From contig CALLUD010000006.1 of assembly GCA_938011325.1 (NCBI GenBank), forward strand, positions 396,125-460,124: DNA of 64,000 nt, read 5' to 3'. How positions within the stretch are numbered: position 1 is the stretch's first letter; every line of letters begins with the position of its first letter. This DNA is from an uncultured Spartobacteria bacterium. Lineage in GTDB: Bacteria; Verrucomicrobiota; Verrucomicrobiia; Chthoniobacterales; JAATET01. Below the pieces are notes generated by a model that made no database searches, had not been told where the DNA came from, and saw only the letters and a list, made by a program, of their open reading frames with translations. The translations under genes and the position numbers were made by a program. Below are positions 31,167-42,082 of the stretch, in pieces.

Positions 31167-32002
31167 CAGTCCCGCAACCGCACGCCGTCTTCCCCGTTCT
31201 CGAGATGGCTGCGGAAATACGCCTCCAGTCTCGCCGACAGCCGCTTCGCCGTTTCACCGGGCTGCGCGGTAAATACCTCGCCGAGTCGGATCGTCATCCG
31301 AATCGGAATCTCCGCCGCCCGTGCGAGGCTCGTTTCCTTGCCGAGATAAACGCCGCTGCGCTCGATGAACACCGTCTGGATCGGCGCGCCGGTCAGCACC
31401 GCAGCCAGCGCAAACCCGCTCTTGAACGGATTCACCCCGCGCGCGTGGGCGCGGGTGCGCGTGCCCTCGGGAAAAATCAGGAGGTTCTCGCCGGCCCGCA
31501 ATCGCCCCTCGCATTCGCGAATCATTTCCGCGCCGCGATCGTTCGTGATGTATCCGGCCAGCCGGGCGGCCCCGCTGAAGGAGGGATTGCGCATCAATCC
31601 GCCTCGCATGATGCATACCGCCCGCGGCAGCCGGGGAATCAGAAAGACCGCGTCGAGCAATCCCGGGTGATTCGGCGCCACGATGCAGCCCGAGAGGCGG
31701 TCCAGTTTTTCGAGACCTTCGAAGCGGATCTTGAAAAGTCCCGTCCATTGCAGCCACCACGCGAAGAAGCGGAACAGCCCGCGAATCATCGCACGCCCCA
31801 CGATCGGCGTGCGCTCCGCTCCGCACACGAGACGCACAAGCGGGGCGAGCAGCGTGACGCAAAGCCCGCATCCGTAAAACAGCGCGAGACTCGCCCACTG
31901 CAGCACGTAGTTCCAGGCGTCCCGCGGCCCAAATGGCGCCCTCGAGGTGCGGGTCAGCGGCCCCGCTTCTGCGGCTGGGGGATCGAGGTTTACGGCGGGC
32001 AT
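31166..32002 (-). CDS. PlsC-family 1-acyl-sn-glycerol-3-phosphate acyltransferase-like protein
   Basis: APNHPGLLDA (HX4D) and IFPEGTRT. An N-terminal TM segment is present. Its stop overlaps the GT2 start (TGATG). Confidence 0.85.
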   Translation of the reverse strand: MPAVNLDPPAAEAGPLTRTSRAPFGPRDAWNYVLQWASLALFYGCGLCVTLLAPLVRLVCGAERTPIVGRAMIRGLFRFFAWWLQWTGLFKIRFEGLEKLDRLSGCIVAPNHPGLLDAVFLIPRLPRAVCIMRGGLMRNPSFSGAARLAGYITNDRGAEMIRECEGRLRAGENLLIFPEGTRTRAHARGVNPFKSGFALAAVLTGAPIQTVFIERSGVYLGKETSLARAAEIPIRMTIRLGEVFTAQPGETAKRLSARLEAYFRSHLENGEDGVRLRD

Positions 32003-32115
32003 CGGAACTCGCGGAAAACATGCCCAAAGGCTCCGTGGATTTCGAGCGGGGATTTTCTGCTTGCTGAGGAGGACGCGATTTGGCGCGGTCTTTGCCTCAC
32101 GCCCCGCCCCTTTTC

Positions 32116-33135
32116 ATGTTCAAACGCTGGCTGATCATCCTGCTGCAATCCGCGGTCACCGTGGGACTGCTGGCGTTTTTCTTTCACGACGCGGAATTTC
32201 GCGAACAGGTCGCCCACGCGCTGCGAAATGCGAAGCCGCACTGGCTCCTGCTCGGCATCCTCTTTGCCGGCATCGAGAATCTTCTCGGCGTCTTTCGCTG
32301 GCGGGTCTTTCTCCGCATCCTTCACATCGATCTCCCGTTCTGGAAGACCGTGCAAATCTGTCTCGTCGCGCTCTTCTGCAACACGTTCCTGCTCGGCGCG
32401 GCCGGCGGAGACCTTGTTCGCGCGGCCTACCTCCTCCGCCGGGGCGCGAGCAAGACCGATGCCCTATTGTCGGTCGTGATGGACCGGATCAGCGGGCTCG
32501 GGGGCCTCGCGATCTACACGCTCATCCTCACCATCGGCCACTACGAGTGGCTCACCAGCAGCTCCGGCGTGGTGCCCGTGCTCGGGATTTCGGTGATGGG
32601 CGTCTTCAAATTGATCATCGCCTACGAAGTCGGCGCGCTCATCCTTCTTGCCCTCTCGCTCTACATCTCCACGACCAGCTTCACGACGAATCCTCCGAAG
32701 TGGGCGCCCTTCCCGGCATTCGTCACAAAATTCGGCACCGGCTATTCGTTGCTCGTCCGTCAATGGAGGGCATCGCTTCGCTCCGTCGGCATTTCGATGA
32801 TCATGCTGCTGATGTTCTTCGCGGTCTTTTACGCGAGCTCGCAGGCGTTCGACGCGCCGATCACCTATCTGCAAATGTCCACGCTCGTGCCGGTCGCCGA
32901 CATCATCAGCGCCATGCCGATCAGCATCGGCGGCATCGGCGTGCGCGAGAGTGTATTTCAATTTCTGCTCGGCAGTCTCGCGGGGATTCCCGCCGGCACC
33001 GCGGTCTCGATTTCACTCGTCGGCTATTTGCTGAACAACTCCTGGGGCCTCGTCGGCGCCGCCGTGCTGCCCTTGTTCAAAGGCATCATTCACGAGGCCC
33101 GCACCAGGGCGCGCCCGCTCAACGCGGAGGGGTGA
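32116..33135 (+). CDS. Flippase-like / lysylphosphatidylglycerol-synthase-TM-region family membrane protein
   Basis: Polytopic membrane protein with the pattern FF...W..L..........L.V.RWR..L and a central Arg-rich loop, recognised from memory as this family. I trimmed to the ATG at 32116. Confidence 0.65.
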   Translation: MFKRWLIILLQSAVTVGLLAFFFHDAEFREQVAHALRNAKPHWLLLGILFAGIENLLGVFRWRVFLRILHIDLPFWKTVQICLVALFCNTFLLGAAGGDLVRAAYLLRRGASKTDALLSVVMDRISGLGGLAIYTLILTIGHYEWLTSSSGVVPVLGISVMGVFKLIIAYEVGALILLALSLYISTTSFTTNPPKWAPFPAFVTKFGTGYSLLVRQWRASLRSVGISMIMLLMFFAVFYASSQAFDAPITYLQMSTLVPVADIISAMPISIGGIGVRESVFQFLLGSLAGIPAGTAVSISLVGYLLNNSWGLVGAAVLPLFKGIIHEARTRARPLNAEG

Positions 33136-33592
33136 ATCGCACGCGAAACCGATCCCCGGTCGCCACGCTCACCATTTCCAGGCTCCGGAGAACTCCGGCG
33201 TCCTTGCGATAAAGCACGCTGTATCGGCCCGCTCGCACCTCCGACTCGCCATCCGGAGCGGCAGCCGATGCGCGCCACGCCTCGGCGAGGGTCAGCCAGC
33301 CGGCCACGTTTTCCGGCGCCGTGTTCCAGTGACCCTGCCAGCCTCCGCGCACGAGCGAGCCGTTCACCCGCCAGCCGTCGCTGGATTCCGTCGCGGCGAG
33401 CAGCACGCGTTCACGCGTCACGACGAACCGCACGAAATCCCGCGCATCGCGCTGAAACTCGACATTCGCCGCCAGCTCGTTTCCGTCCCTGCGCCACACG
33501 ACTTCGCCGCTCGAGGAGGCTTGCGGAACGAAGGAAGATGTCGTCGCACACCCCGCCAGCAACAGCGCGAACACGCCGGCGAGCCATTTCAT
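33119..33592 (-). CDS. Small lipoprotein of unknown function
   Basis: MKWLAGVFALLLAGCATT has the lipobox LAGC. 157 aa. Its start overlaps the upstream stop (ATGA at 33589..33592). Confidence 0.7.
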   Translation of the reverse strand: MKWLAGVFALLLAGCATTSSFVPQASSSGEVVWRRDGNELAANVEFQRDARDFVRFVVTRERVLLAATESSDGWRVNGSLVRGGWQGHWNTAPENVAGWLTLAEAWRASAAAPDGESEVRAGRYSVLYRKDAGVLRSLEMVSVATGDRFRVRFTPPR

Positions 33593-34830
33593 CGTGACGC
33601 AAGCCGTGGAGAGAGCGGAAAGAAGCGCTGCATGAGCACGATCGCGTGAAAAAGCCACAGCCGCCATTGGATGCGAAAGGAACCCCCGAGATTGCCCGCA
33701 AGCACCGAGTTCACCGCCGGCACGACGTCGAAGAACTCGCGCGGGTTCAAAAGCGTTTCGACAAATTCCGTCCGATACCACCCGTTGACGAATCGCAGAT
33801 AGAGCTTCATCACGCGCTGAAGGCGCCGCGAGTAATCCCGAAACGCCTGCACCCGGCGGCGCGGTGTCTCGAAGGCCACCTCCAGAGCGTCGGCCGCACT
33901 TTCGCCGCTCAGCACGGCGAGAAACACACCACTGCTGAAGATCGGATCGATGAATCCCGCCGCATCACCGGCCAGCAGCCAGCGGTCTCCGTAAAGCCGG
34001 CGGTTTCGATAGGAGTAGTCGCTGGTCGAGTAGACCCTCGACACACGTTGGGCGCCATCCAGTCGCTCGCTCATCACCGGCGATTCCGCGATCACCGTGT
34101 CGAGCAGCGTCTCGGGGCTCAGCTTCATCCGCTTGAATTTCGCGGTATCCATCACCACCCCCACGCTTGCCCGCGTCGGACTGAGCGGGATCGTCCAGAA
34201 CCAGTGATCACCCGCATGGACCATGCGGGTCAGCGTGCCATCGATGCCGCACGGCATCTCGACGCCGTCGTAGTGGGCATAGACGGCCATTTTCTGCAGT
34301 CCCGGATAGGACCGCTTGAGATTGAAATGCCGGCCGACCACCGTCTGGCGTCCGCTGCAATCCAGCAGATACCGCGCGGTGATCGTCGACTCGCCGGTCG
34401 CGGCCTTCGCCTTCAATTCCACGCGATCCCGATGGAACGCGACACTCTCGACGCACGTTTCCTCGCGCACGTCGGCGCCGCATTCGCGCGCGTGATCGAG
34501 CAGGAGCTTGTCGAAATCGGCGCGCGTGACCTGGATCGCCTTCTCGTGCTGCGGCTGAAAGCCGTTTCGGAAGTAAAACTTCGTCTCACGGCCGCCGTCG
34601 TGCGACGTGATCTCCGCACCATACTTGGGCACGAATCCCGCAGCCTCGATTTTTTCGGTCACGCCCAGCCGCTCGAATGCCGACATCGTGAACGGCAGCA
34701 GCGACTCGCCAATGTGAAAGCGCGGAAATTTCTCGCGCTCCAGCACGACGACCCGACGCCCGGCCTTTGCCAGCAACGTCGCTGCGGTGCTCCCCGCCGG
34801 ACCACCGCCGATGATCGCGACGTCGAACAT
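33589..34830 (-). CDS. FAD-dependent oxidoreductase with flavin-dependent-halogenase-like motifs
   Basis: IIGGGPAGS (34792..34815), EKFPRFHIGESLLP, WFWTIP (34186..34203, WxWxIP), GDAAGFIDPIFSSGV. Confidence 0.8.
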   Translation of the reverse strand: MFDVAIIGGGPAGSTAATLLAKAGRRVVVLEREKFPRFHIGESLLPFTMSAFERLGVTEKIEAAGFVPKYGAEITSHDGGRETKFYFRNGFQPQHEKAIQVTRADFDKLLLDHARECGADVREETCVESVAFHRDRVELKAKAATGESTITARYLLDCSGRQTVVGRHFNLKRSYPGLQKMAVYAHYDGVEMPCGIDGTLTRMVHAGDHWFWTIPLSPTRASVGVVMDTAKFKRMKLSPETLLDTVIAESPVMSERLDGAQRVSRVYSTSDYSYRNRRLYGDRWLLAGDAAGFIDPIFSSGVFLAVLSGESAADALEVAFETPRRRVQAFRDYSRRLQRVMKLYLRFVNGWYRTEFVETLLNPREFFDVVPAVNSVLAGNLGGSFRIQWRLWLFHAIVLMQRFFPLSPRLASR

Positions 34831-34836
34831 TTCGCC

Positions 34837-35847
34837 CTACGCCTTCTTCTCGAGATGTCCTCCGAATTGGTATCGCATCGCCGAGCAGACCTTCTCCGCG
34901 ACGGTGTGCTCCTTGCGCGAACGGAAGCGGGCGTAGAGCGCGGCTGTGAGCACGTCGCAATCCACCGCCTCGTCGATCGCGGCCATGATCGTCCACCGTC
35001 CCTCACCGGAATCGGACACGCGGCCGGTGAATTTCGAGAGTTTCGGATCCTCCGCGAAGGCCGCCGCCGCGAGGTCGAGCAGCCACGACGAAATCACGCT
35101 GCCACGGCGCCACACCTCGGTGATATCGGCGAGATTCAGGTCGAACACGAGGTCCGGATTCATCAGCGGCGCCGTCTCGGCATCCTTCTCCTGCTCGCGA
35201 TTGGCGACATTCGCGTTGGCTAGAATGTCGAGCCCTTCACCGTAGGCGGCCATCAGGCCGTATTCGATGCCGTTGTGCACCATCTTCACGAAGTGCCCGG
35301 CACCCGACGGTCCGCAATGCAGGTAGCCCTCCTCGGCCGTTCCGCCGAGCTTCTCGCGCCCCGGCGTGCGCGGCACATCCCCACGTCCCGGCGCGAGCGC
35401 CTTGAAGATGGGATCCATGCGCTCCACCGCCGAGGTGTCGCCTCCGATCATCATGCAATACCCGCGCTCCAGTCCCCACACACCTCCGCTGGTGCCCACG
35501 TCGAGATAATGAATGCCCTTGCTCTTGAGCGCCGCCGACCGGCGACGGTCATCGCGGAAATAGGAATTGCCGCCGTCGATGATCGTGTCGTCCGGCTCCA
35601 GCAGCGCGGCGAGTTGATCGACCACTTTGTCCGTGATCGCCGCCGGCACCATGATCCAGGCATTGCGCGGCTTCTCGAGCTTCGCGGCAAAATCCTCGAT
35701 CGACGTCGAGGGAATCGCGCCCTCGGCCGCCAGCTCCTTCACGGCGTCGGGATTGGTGTCGTAAACAACGCACGAGTGCCCCTTGCGCATCGCCCTGCGA
35801 ACCATGTTGGCGCCCATCCGTCCGAGACCGATCATTCCAAATTGCAT
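34837..35847 (-). CDS. gnd: 6-phosphogluconate dehydrogenase, decarboxylating (short Gnd/YqeC-like type)
   Basis: [43 protein letters not shown]. Confidence 0.9.
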   Translation of the reverse strand: MQFGMIGLGRMGANMVRRAMRKGHSCVVYDTNPDAVKELAAEGAIPSTSIEDFAAKLEKPRNAWIMVPAAITDKVVDQLAALLEPDDTIIDGGNSYFRDDRRRSAALKSKGIHYLDVGTSGGVWGLERGYCMMIGGDTSAVERMDPIFKALAPGRGDVPRTPGREKLGGTAEEGYLHCGPSGAGHFVKMVHNGIEYGLMAAYGEGLDILANANVANREQEKDAETAPLMNPDLVFDLNLADITEVWRRGSVISSWLLDLAAAAFAEDPKLSKFTGRVSDSGEGRWTIMAAIDEAVDCDVLTAALYARFRSRKEHTVAEKVCSAMRYQFGGHLEKKA

Positions 35848-36052
35848 GCTTTTGAGAGGGTTGAGGGTTCGTCCCCGTTGTCGCCCCGTGAGTCCGCAGG
35901 AACAAGGATTTTCGCAATCCCCTCTCGAAAGGAGTTCGACTCAGGGGACGGCCAAATCCGCGTCGAATCGCGAATCGTTCGTGCCATGCACCCCTTCGCC
36001 TCCCCCGCACCGCGCGGCTCCGCGCCTGCATTTTCGCGCTGCCTCCGCCACC

Positions 36053-36343
36053 GTGACTGATCACCTCGTCCTCCTCACACGCGGCCAGGAAATCGAGTGT
36101 CGCAACCCGATCTACCGCCCCGCCGTTCATTCTCCGAAACGTCGCATGAGCGACACCGGCGAAGTCATGGCCGGCAGCATCGTCGCCGACTTTCCGCGCA
36201 GATGGCGCGTGCCGCGCGGCTGCAAGGTTCGCACACCGGCCGGCGATTTCATCGTCACCGCAAGCCCTCATCCCGACCGGACGATTCGTCTCGAAGGAAA
36301 GAACCTCGAAACGATCGCCGCCGCCCTCGGCCTGTCGGCTTGA
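36053..36343 (+). CDS. Hypothetical small protein (GTG start; an ATG alternative lies downstream)
   Basis: Only codon bias (high GC3) supports it. I recognised no motif. Confidence 0.3.
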   Translation: MTDHLVLLTRGQEIECRNPIYRPAVHSPKRRMSDTGEVMAGSIVADFPRRWRVPRGCKVRTPAGDFIVTASPHPDRTIRLEGKNLETIAAALGLSA

Positions 36344-36371
36344 AGACTTCGCCAGCGCCGGCTTCGATCCC

Positions 36372-38138
36372 CTAATACCTCTCGATCCCTTCGAGCCGAA
36401 CATCCTGCGCCCGGCGGAGCCGCCGGCGTTCACGAACGATGATCACCACAAAGACGACAAGAGCGACCATCGCCACCGTGCCCCAGGGAATCTGAAAGGC
36501 CTTCTTCGGTTTCGAGAAAATTTCAAACGGCTCGGAGGGCTGCGAGCGGGTGCCCGCGGCATCGAGACCGAAAATGATGAACGTGCGCCGTTCACCAGGG
36601 CGGAATCCCTTCACGGTCACGCGCGCCTCGTTGCGCACAAACCGCACGCGCGCACCCTCGACCGGACGGTAAACGAACTGCGGTTCGCCCGTTTCGGAAA
36701 ATTCAATTTTCCGCTCGTAAAGGATGTATTTGTCGACATTCGGCGCGGTCTTTTTCCAGACGAGATCGACCTCGGTATGCGTCTGCCGCGACACGCCGAC
36801 CGATTCCACGGGAGGAATGCTGTTCACGTTGGCGGCGGCCTGGGCCGTTCGCTCGCGCGCCTGCGCCGCGGCATCCACGGGTCGCGGCTCGACCTCGGCA
36901 CGCAGGGGAATGGTCAGGCGCCCCGCGCCGAACTGAAGCAGCAACTCGCCGGATACCGCCCCTGGTTGCAGCCGCGTAAATGCGAGCTTGTAGTCGCGCG
37001 ACTCTCCGGGCGCCAGCAACGCGACCTCGGGCGACGGATGGATTGTCACTCCATCCATCACGGTGGCGCGAATCTCCGCGTCCTGACCACCCGTGTTTCG
37101 CAGCGTGAGCGTGCGCGTGGCGGTGCGACCGGACTGCACCGTTCCAAAGTCGATCTCATCGCGCGGATTGGCGACAATGCGCGCCGGCGCCGCGGTCACG
37201 AAGATCGGCACGTTGAGATGCACATTTTCACCGCGGAGTTCGAGGTCCCCATGGATGCTTTCGAGCACGCCGGTCGCCGTGTGAAGCGCGAGCTGCACCT
37301 CGTCATCCGCGGGAACGGTGAGGCTGCCTTGAACGACCACGCCGGGAGGCGCGGTCAATTCGAGGGCGCGGTCGCGCTCGGAAGTGTTCCGCACGGTCAC
37401 GGTCGCTGACCGCACCTCATTTACGCCATCGCCCTCGAGCCGAATCTCCCGCGGCACCACCTCGATGGGCGAGTAACCAATGCCCTCGAGTCCGATCTCC
37501 ACGCCGGGTGCGTGGGTGAACTCAGCAGCTTCCGCGTATCGCCGCGACTCGGTCGGCGCAAAGGAAAGCACGAAGGTGCGCGTCTCACCGGAAGGCAGAA
37601 TGTAGGTGGGATCGTCTCCAAGAATGGAGAACGGCGGCGGCACCTTGAGCCGTCCGCTGAGTGTGCCACCCCCCTCGTTTCCAATGGTGATCACCTGCGT
37701 GGAGGTCTCCCCAATCGACGTTTTCGGAAACTCGACCTGATGCGGTGCGACGAAAAGCGGCGGTCGCTCGACAATACGGATCGTCACCGTCGCCGGCGTG
37801 GAGACCCCGGTGTTTGGCGCCTGCACCGCGTAGCGGAACGCATCGACGCCGACTCCGTTCGCGCCATCATGGGTGTAGATGATCGACGCAGTCGTCCGTC
37901 CCGTTTGCGTGGGTTCCGAAAGCGTGCCGAACTGCGGCTGGCGCCGGATGAGAAACTTCAGCTGATATCCGCTGCGGCTCAAACCCTCGAGCGGGATCTC
38001 GACAGACTCGCCCTTGTAAACCTGCACGGCGAGGTCGCGAGGTTGCGGAGGGGGCGGAGTCGGAAGGTCGATATCCGCCCACGCGCACACGCAGCCCGTG
38101 GCAAGAAATACGGCGACGATGCGCCACCATGGCTTCAT
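36372..38138 (-). CDS. Type I membrane protein with tandem Ig-like (PapD/ASH-like) domains and an FN3-like domain
   Basis: Signal peptide (WWRIVAVFLATGCVCAWA). Repeated motifs of the type F..T..G.T....ITI.N.G...L. An FN3-like segment (VDLVWKK...YILYER). A C-terminal TM segment plus RERRRLRR. I trimmed to the ATG at 38136..38138. Confidence 0.7.
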   Translation of the reverse strand: MKPWWRIVAVFLATGCVCAWADIDLPTPPPPQPRDLAVQVYKGESVEIPLEGLSRSGYQLKFLIRRQPQFGTLSEPTQTGRTTASIIYTHDGANGVGVDAFRYAVQAPNTGVSTPATVTIRIVERPPLFVAPHQVEFPKTSIGETSTQVITIGNEGGGTLSGRLKVPPPFSILGDDPTYILPSGETRTFVLSFAPTESRRYAEAAEFTHAPGVEIGLEGIGYSPIEVVPREIRLEGDGVNEVRSATVTVRNTSERDRALELTAPPGVVVQGSLTVPADDEVQLALHTATGVLESIHGDLELRGENVHLNVPIFVTAAPARIVANPRDEIDFGTVQSGRTATRTLTLRNTGGQDAEIRATVMDGVTIHPSPEVALLAPGESRDYKLAFTRLQPGAVSGELLLQFGAGRLTIPLRAEVEPRPVDAAAQARERTAQAAANVNSIPPVESVGVSRQTHTEVDLVWKKTAPNVDKYILYERKIEFSETGEPQFVYRPVEGARVRFVRNEARVTVKGFRPGERRTFIIFGLDAAGTRSQPSEPFEIFSKPKKAFQIPWGTVAMVALVVFVVIIVRERRRLRRAQDVRLEGIERY

Positions 38139-38175
38139 GAACGAGGGCGGATGCACGCCGGGGAATGTCGTTGAA

Positions 38176-38220
38176 TTGTCGGAATCGAGCAACTATGCGA
38201 GTAGTTGTCCTTTCCGACAA
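38176..38220 (+). promoter_or_regulatory. Nested inverted repeats immediately upstream of an L,D-transpeptidase gene
   Basis: Outer pair TTGTCGGA (38176..38183) and TCCGACAA (38213..38220). Inner pair CAACTA (38190..38195) and TAGTTG (38202..38207). The element ends 10 nt before the ATG at 38231. Confidence 0.3.
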
Positions 38221-38230
38221 ACCCTAAGCG

Positions 38231-38872
38231 ATGCGTTTGACTGCCCGACTTTCCGCCCACTGGATTCTTTTCGTCGCGGCGTTTGCAATCATGCTCGGCC
38301 AGGGCTTTGCGCAACCGCGCCCGCCGAAAGTGGATCGGAATGAACGGCAGACCCAGCCGCAGAAAAAGCCGAAGCCCGCTTCGGAACTCATTTCCAAACA
38401 GGCGAAGCCAAAGGTCGTCCCGCGCGTTCTGGAGCGGGTGAATCAGGACAACTCCCACGTTTACGTCTCCCTTGGCAAACAGCGCGCCTACCTGATGGTC
38501 GGCGACGAAATCGCCATCGACACGCCCGTCTCAACCGGCAAGAAGGCCGGCATGACCCCCAAGGGCAATTTCACCGTGCTCGAGAAGGACAAGGACCACC
38601 GGTCGAGCATTTACGGAAACTTCGTGAACCGCCGTGGCGAGGTCGTGCGCGCCGGGGTCAGCACACGCATCGATTCTGCGCCGAGTGGCACCGTCTTTCA
38701 GGGAGCGCCGATGTGGTATTTCATGCGCCTCACCTGGCAGGGTGTCGGAATGCACGTAGGCCATCTTCCGGGGTATCCCGCCTCTCACGGCTGCATTCGC
38801 ATGCCCGAGGATATCGCCCCGCTCTTCTATGAACGGGTGAAGGTGGGAACGAAGGTCGTCGTCGGCGACTAG
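38231..38872 (+). CDS. L,D-transpeptidase (YkuD domain)
   Basis: Signal peptide and a basic linker. Catalytic HVGHLPGYPASHGCIRM. Confidence 0.9.
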   Translation: MRLTARLSAHWILFVAAFAIMLGQGFAQPRPPKVDRNERQTQPQKKPKPASELISKQAKPKVVPRVLERVNQDNSHVYVSLGKQRAYLMVGDEIAIDTPVSTGKKAGMTPKGNFTVLEKDKDHRSSIYGNFVNRRGEVVRAGVSTRIDSAPSGTVFQGAPMWYFMRLTWQGVGMHVGHLPGYPASHGCIRMPEDIAPLFYERVKVGTKVVVGD

Positions 38873-39405
38873 TTCGACTCGGACTGCGCGGGCTCCGGGG
38901 TGGGCTCGGGCGTGGCGGCGGGTTTCGTTCCGGACTTCGCCGCGAACTCCTCTTTCAAGCGTCCCTGCATGGCCTCGATCATCTGCGCACGCTTTGCCTG
39001 CATCTCGGAGCACAGCTCCTTCTCGATCTTGCGGCGTTCCTGCCGGTAACGCAGCGCGAAGACCTCCCGCTCATCCTCATCGAGGTCGAGTTCGAGCTTT
39101 TTCAAGGTGTCGCTGATCGCCTTGTCCACCCGGCGACGTTCCTCCTCGGCGCGCGCCTGCCAGGCGCGTCGCTCGCGATCGCCCATTTCCTTCCAGCGTT
39201 TCCAGTTCTCGATGAAGCGCTCCCGGTCCTCCGGGCTCATCTTCTCGAGACGCTTGCGAAACTTGTCGGGAAAGTCGCCACCCTTGCGGTCTCCATGGTG
39301 CCAGTCGCCCGCTGCTTTCCTGTCCTTGGGAGGACCGGGCGGCGGCTCGGCAAAAACCGGAAGCGCGGTCAGTAGGAGACCGAAGACAAGGAACCGTCCA
39401 ACCAT
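38869..39405 (-). CDS. Secreted charged coiled-coil protein (Spy/LTXXQ-like character), function unknown
   Basis: Signal peptide MVGRFLVFGLLLTALPVFA, then Arg/Glu/Lys-rich helices (RERFIENWKRWKEMGDRERRAWQARAEEERRR). I trimmed from the 297-aa track ORF. Confidence 0.6.
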   Translation of the reverse strand: MVGRFLVFGLLLTALPVFAEPPPGPPKDRKAAGDWHHGDRKGGDFPDKFRKRLEKMSPEDRERFIENWKRWKEMGDRERRAWQARAEEERRRVDKAISDTLKKLELDLDEDEREVFALRYRQERRKIEKELCSEMQAKRAQMIEAMQGRLKEEFAAKSGTKPAATPEPTPEPAQSESN

Positions 39406-39722
39406 ATTGACGACTCGTAATCCGCGAGCAGCAAATCGAGATTTGCGATCGTTTCGAATTCCCCAACAGCAACGGAAGACTGCGTGTGGGCGGGCTGCAT
39501 CACCCCGCCAAGGGTGATCAATGCCAGTGCGGCGCATGCTCCCGAGGGGAGAAGATACCGCAACAGCCAGTGCCAGCCGATCGACCGGGTCTCGGCGGAC
39601 GCCTCCTCGAGCGCACGCATCACCTTGCGGTGAAAATACGGGGAGGCTTCCACCCGGCGTGCCTTGCCGAGCAGCTCCCACAGCGCGTGATCCCGAGGAT
39701 CGTTGGTATCGAATTCTCCCAT
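39369..39722 (-). CDS. Single-pass membrane protein resembling the anti-sigma partners of ECF sigma factors
   Basis: The pattern DPRDHALWELLGKARRVEASPYFHRKVMRAL, then a TM segment (ACAALALITLGGV), is the one I associate with verrucomicrobial anti-sigma-like proteins. It overlaps the next gene by 37 nt. A GTG alternative lies at 39743. Confidence 0.5.
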   Translation of the reverse strand: MGEFDTNDPRDHALWELLGKARRVEASPYFHRKVMRALEEASAETRSIGWHWLLRYLLPSGACAALALITLGGVMQPAHTQSSVAVGEFETIANLDLLLADYESSIWLDGSLSSVSY

Positions 39723-39855
39723 TTCTATTGGAGGAAACCCCACTCGCCTCCAGAAGTTCCAATCTTAATTTTCATCCAACCGCAATCCTGATCCCCTTTT
39801 TCGAATTTCCACCCGATCCTCCGGGGATCAAGACGGCGATGAAAATTAAGTGAAA

Positions 39856-42039
<2,184 letters not shown>

Positions 42040-42082
42040 ATAAAGGGTTCGGCAGCTACTCGTTCGCTTCGAAAAAAGGCCG

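Noticed and set aside
35965-35986. TGGCAC-containing sequence (minus strand TGGCACGAACGATTCGCGATTC) upstream of gnd, considered as a sigma54 -24/-12 promoter.
   Set aside because: The -12 element is wrong: there is no TTGC at the required spacing from the GG, and GC falls 2 nt out of register.
35848-36052. Imperfect long inverted repeat (GCCCCGTGAGTC ... GACTCAGGGGAC) between gnd and a small ORF, considered as a riboswitch-like element.
   Set aside because: The arms are mismatched. I recognised no known riboswitch core sequence. I cannot assess conservation or folding energy without tools.
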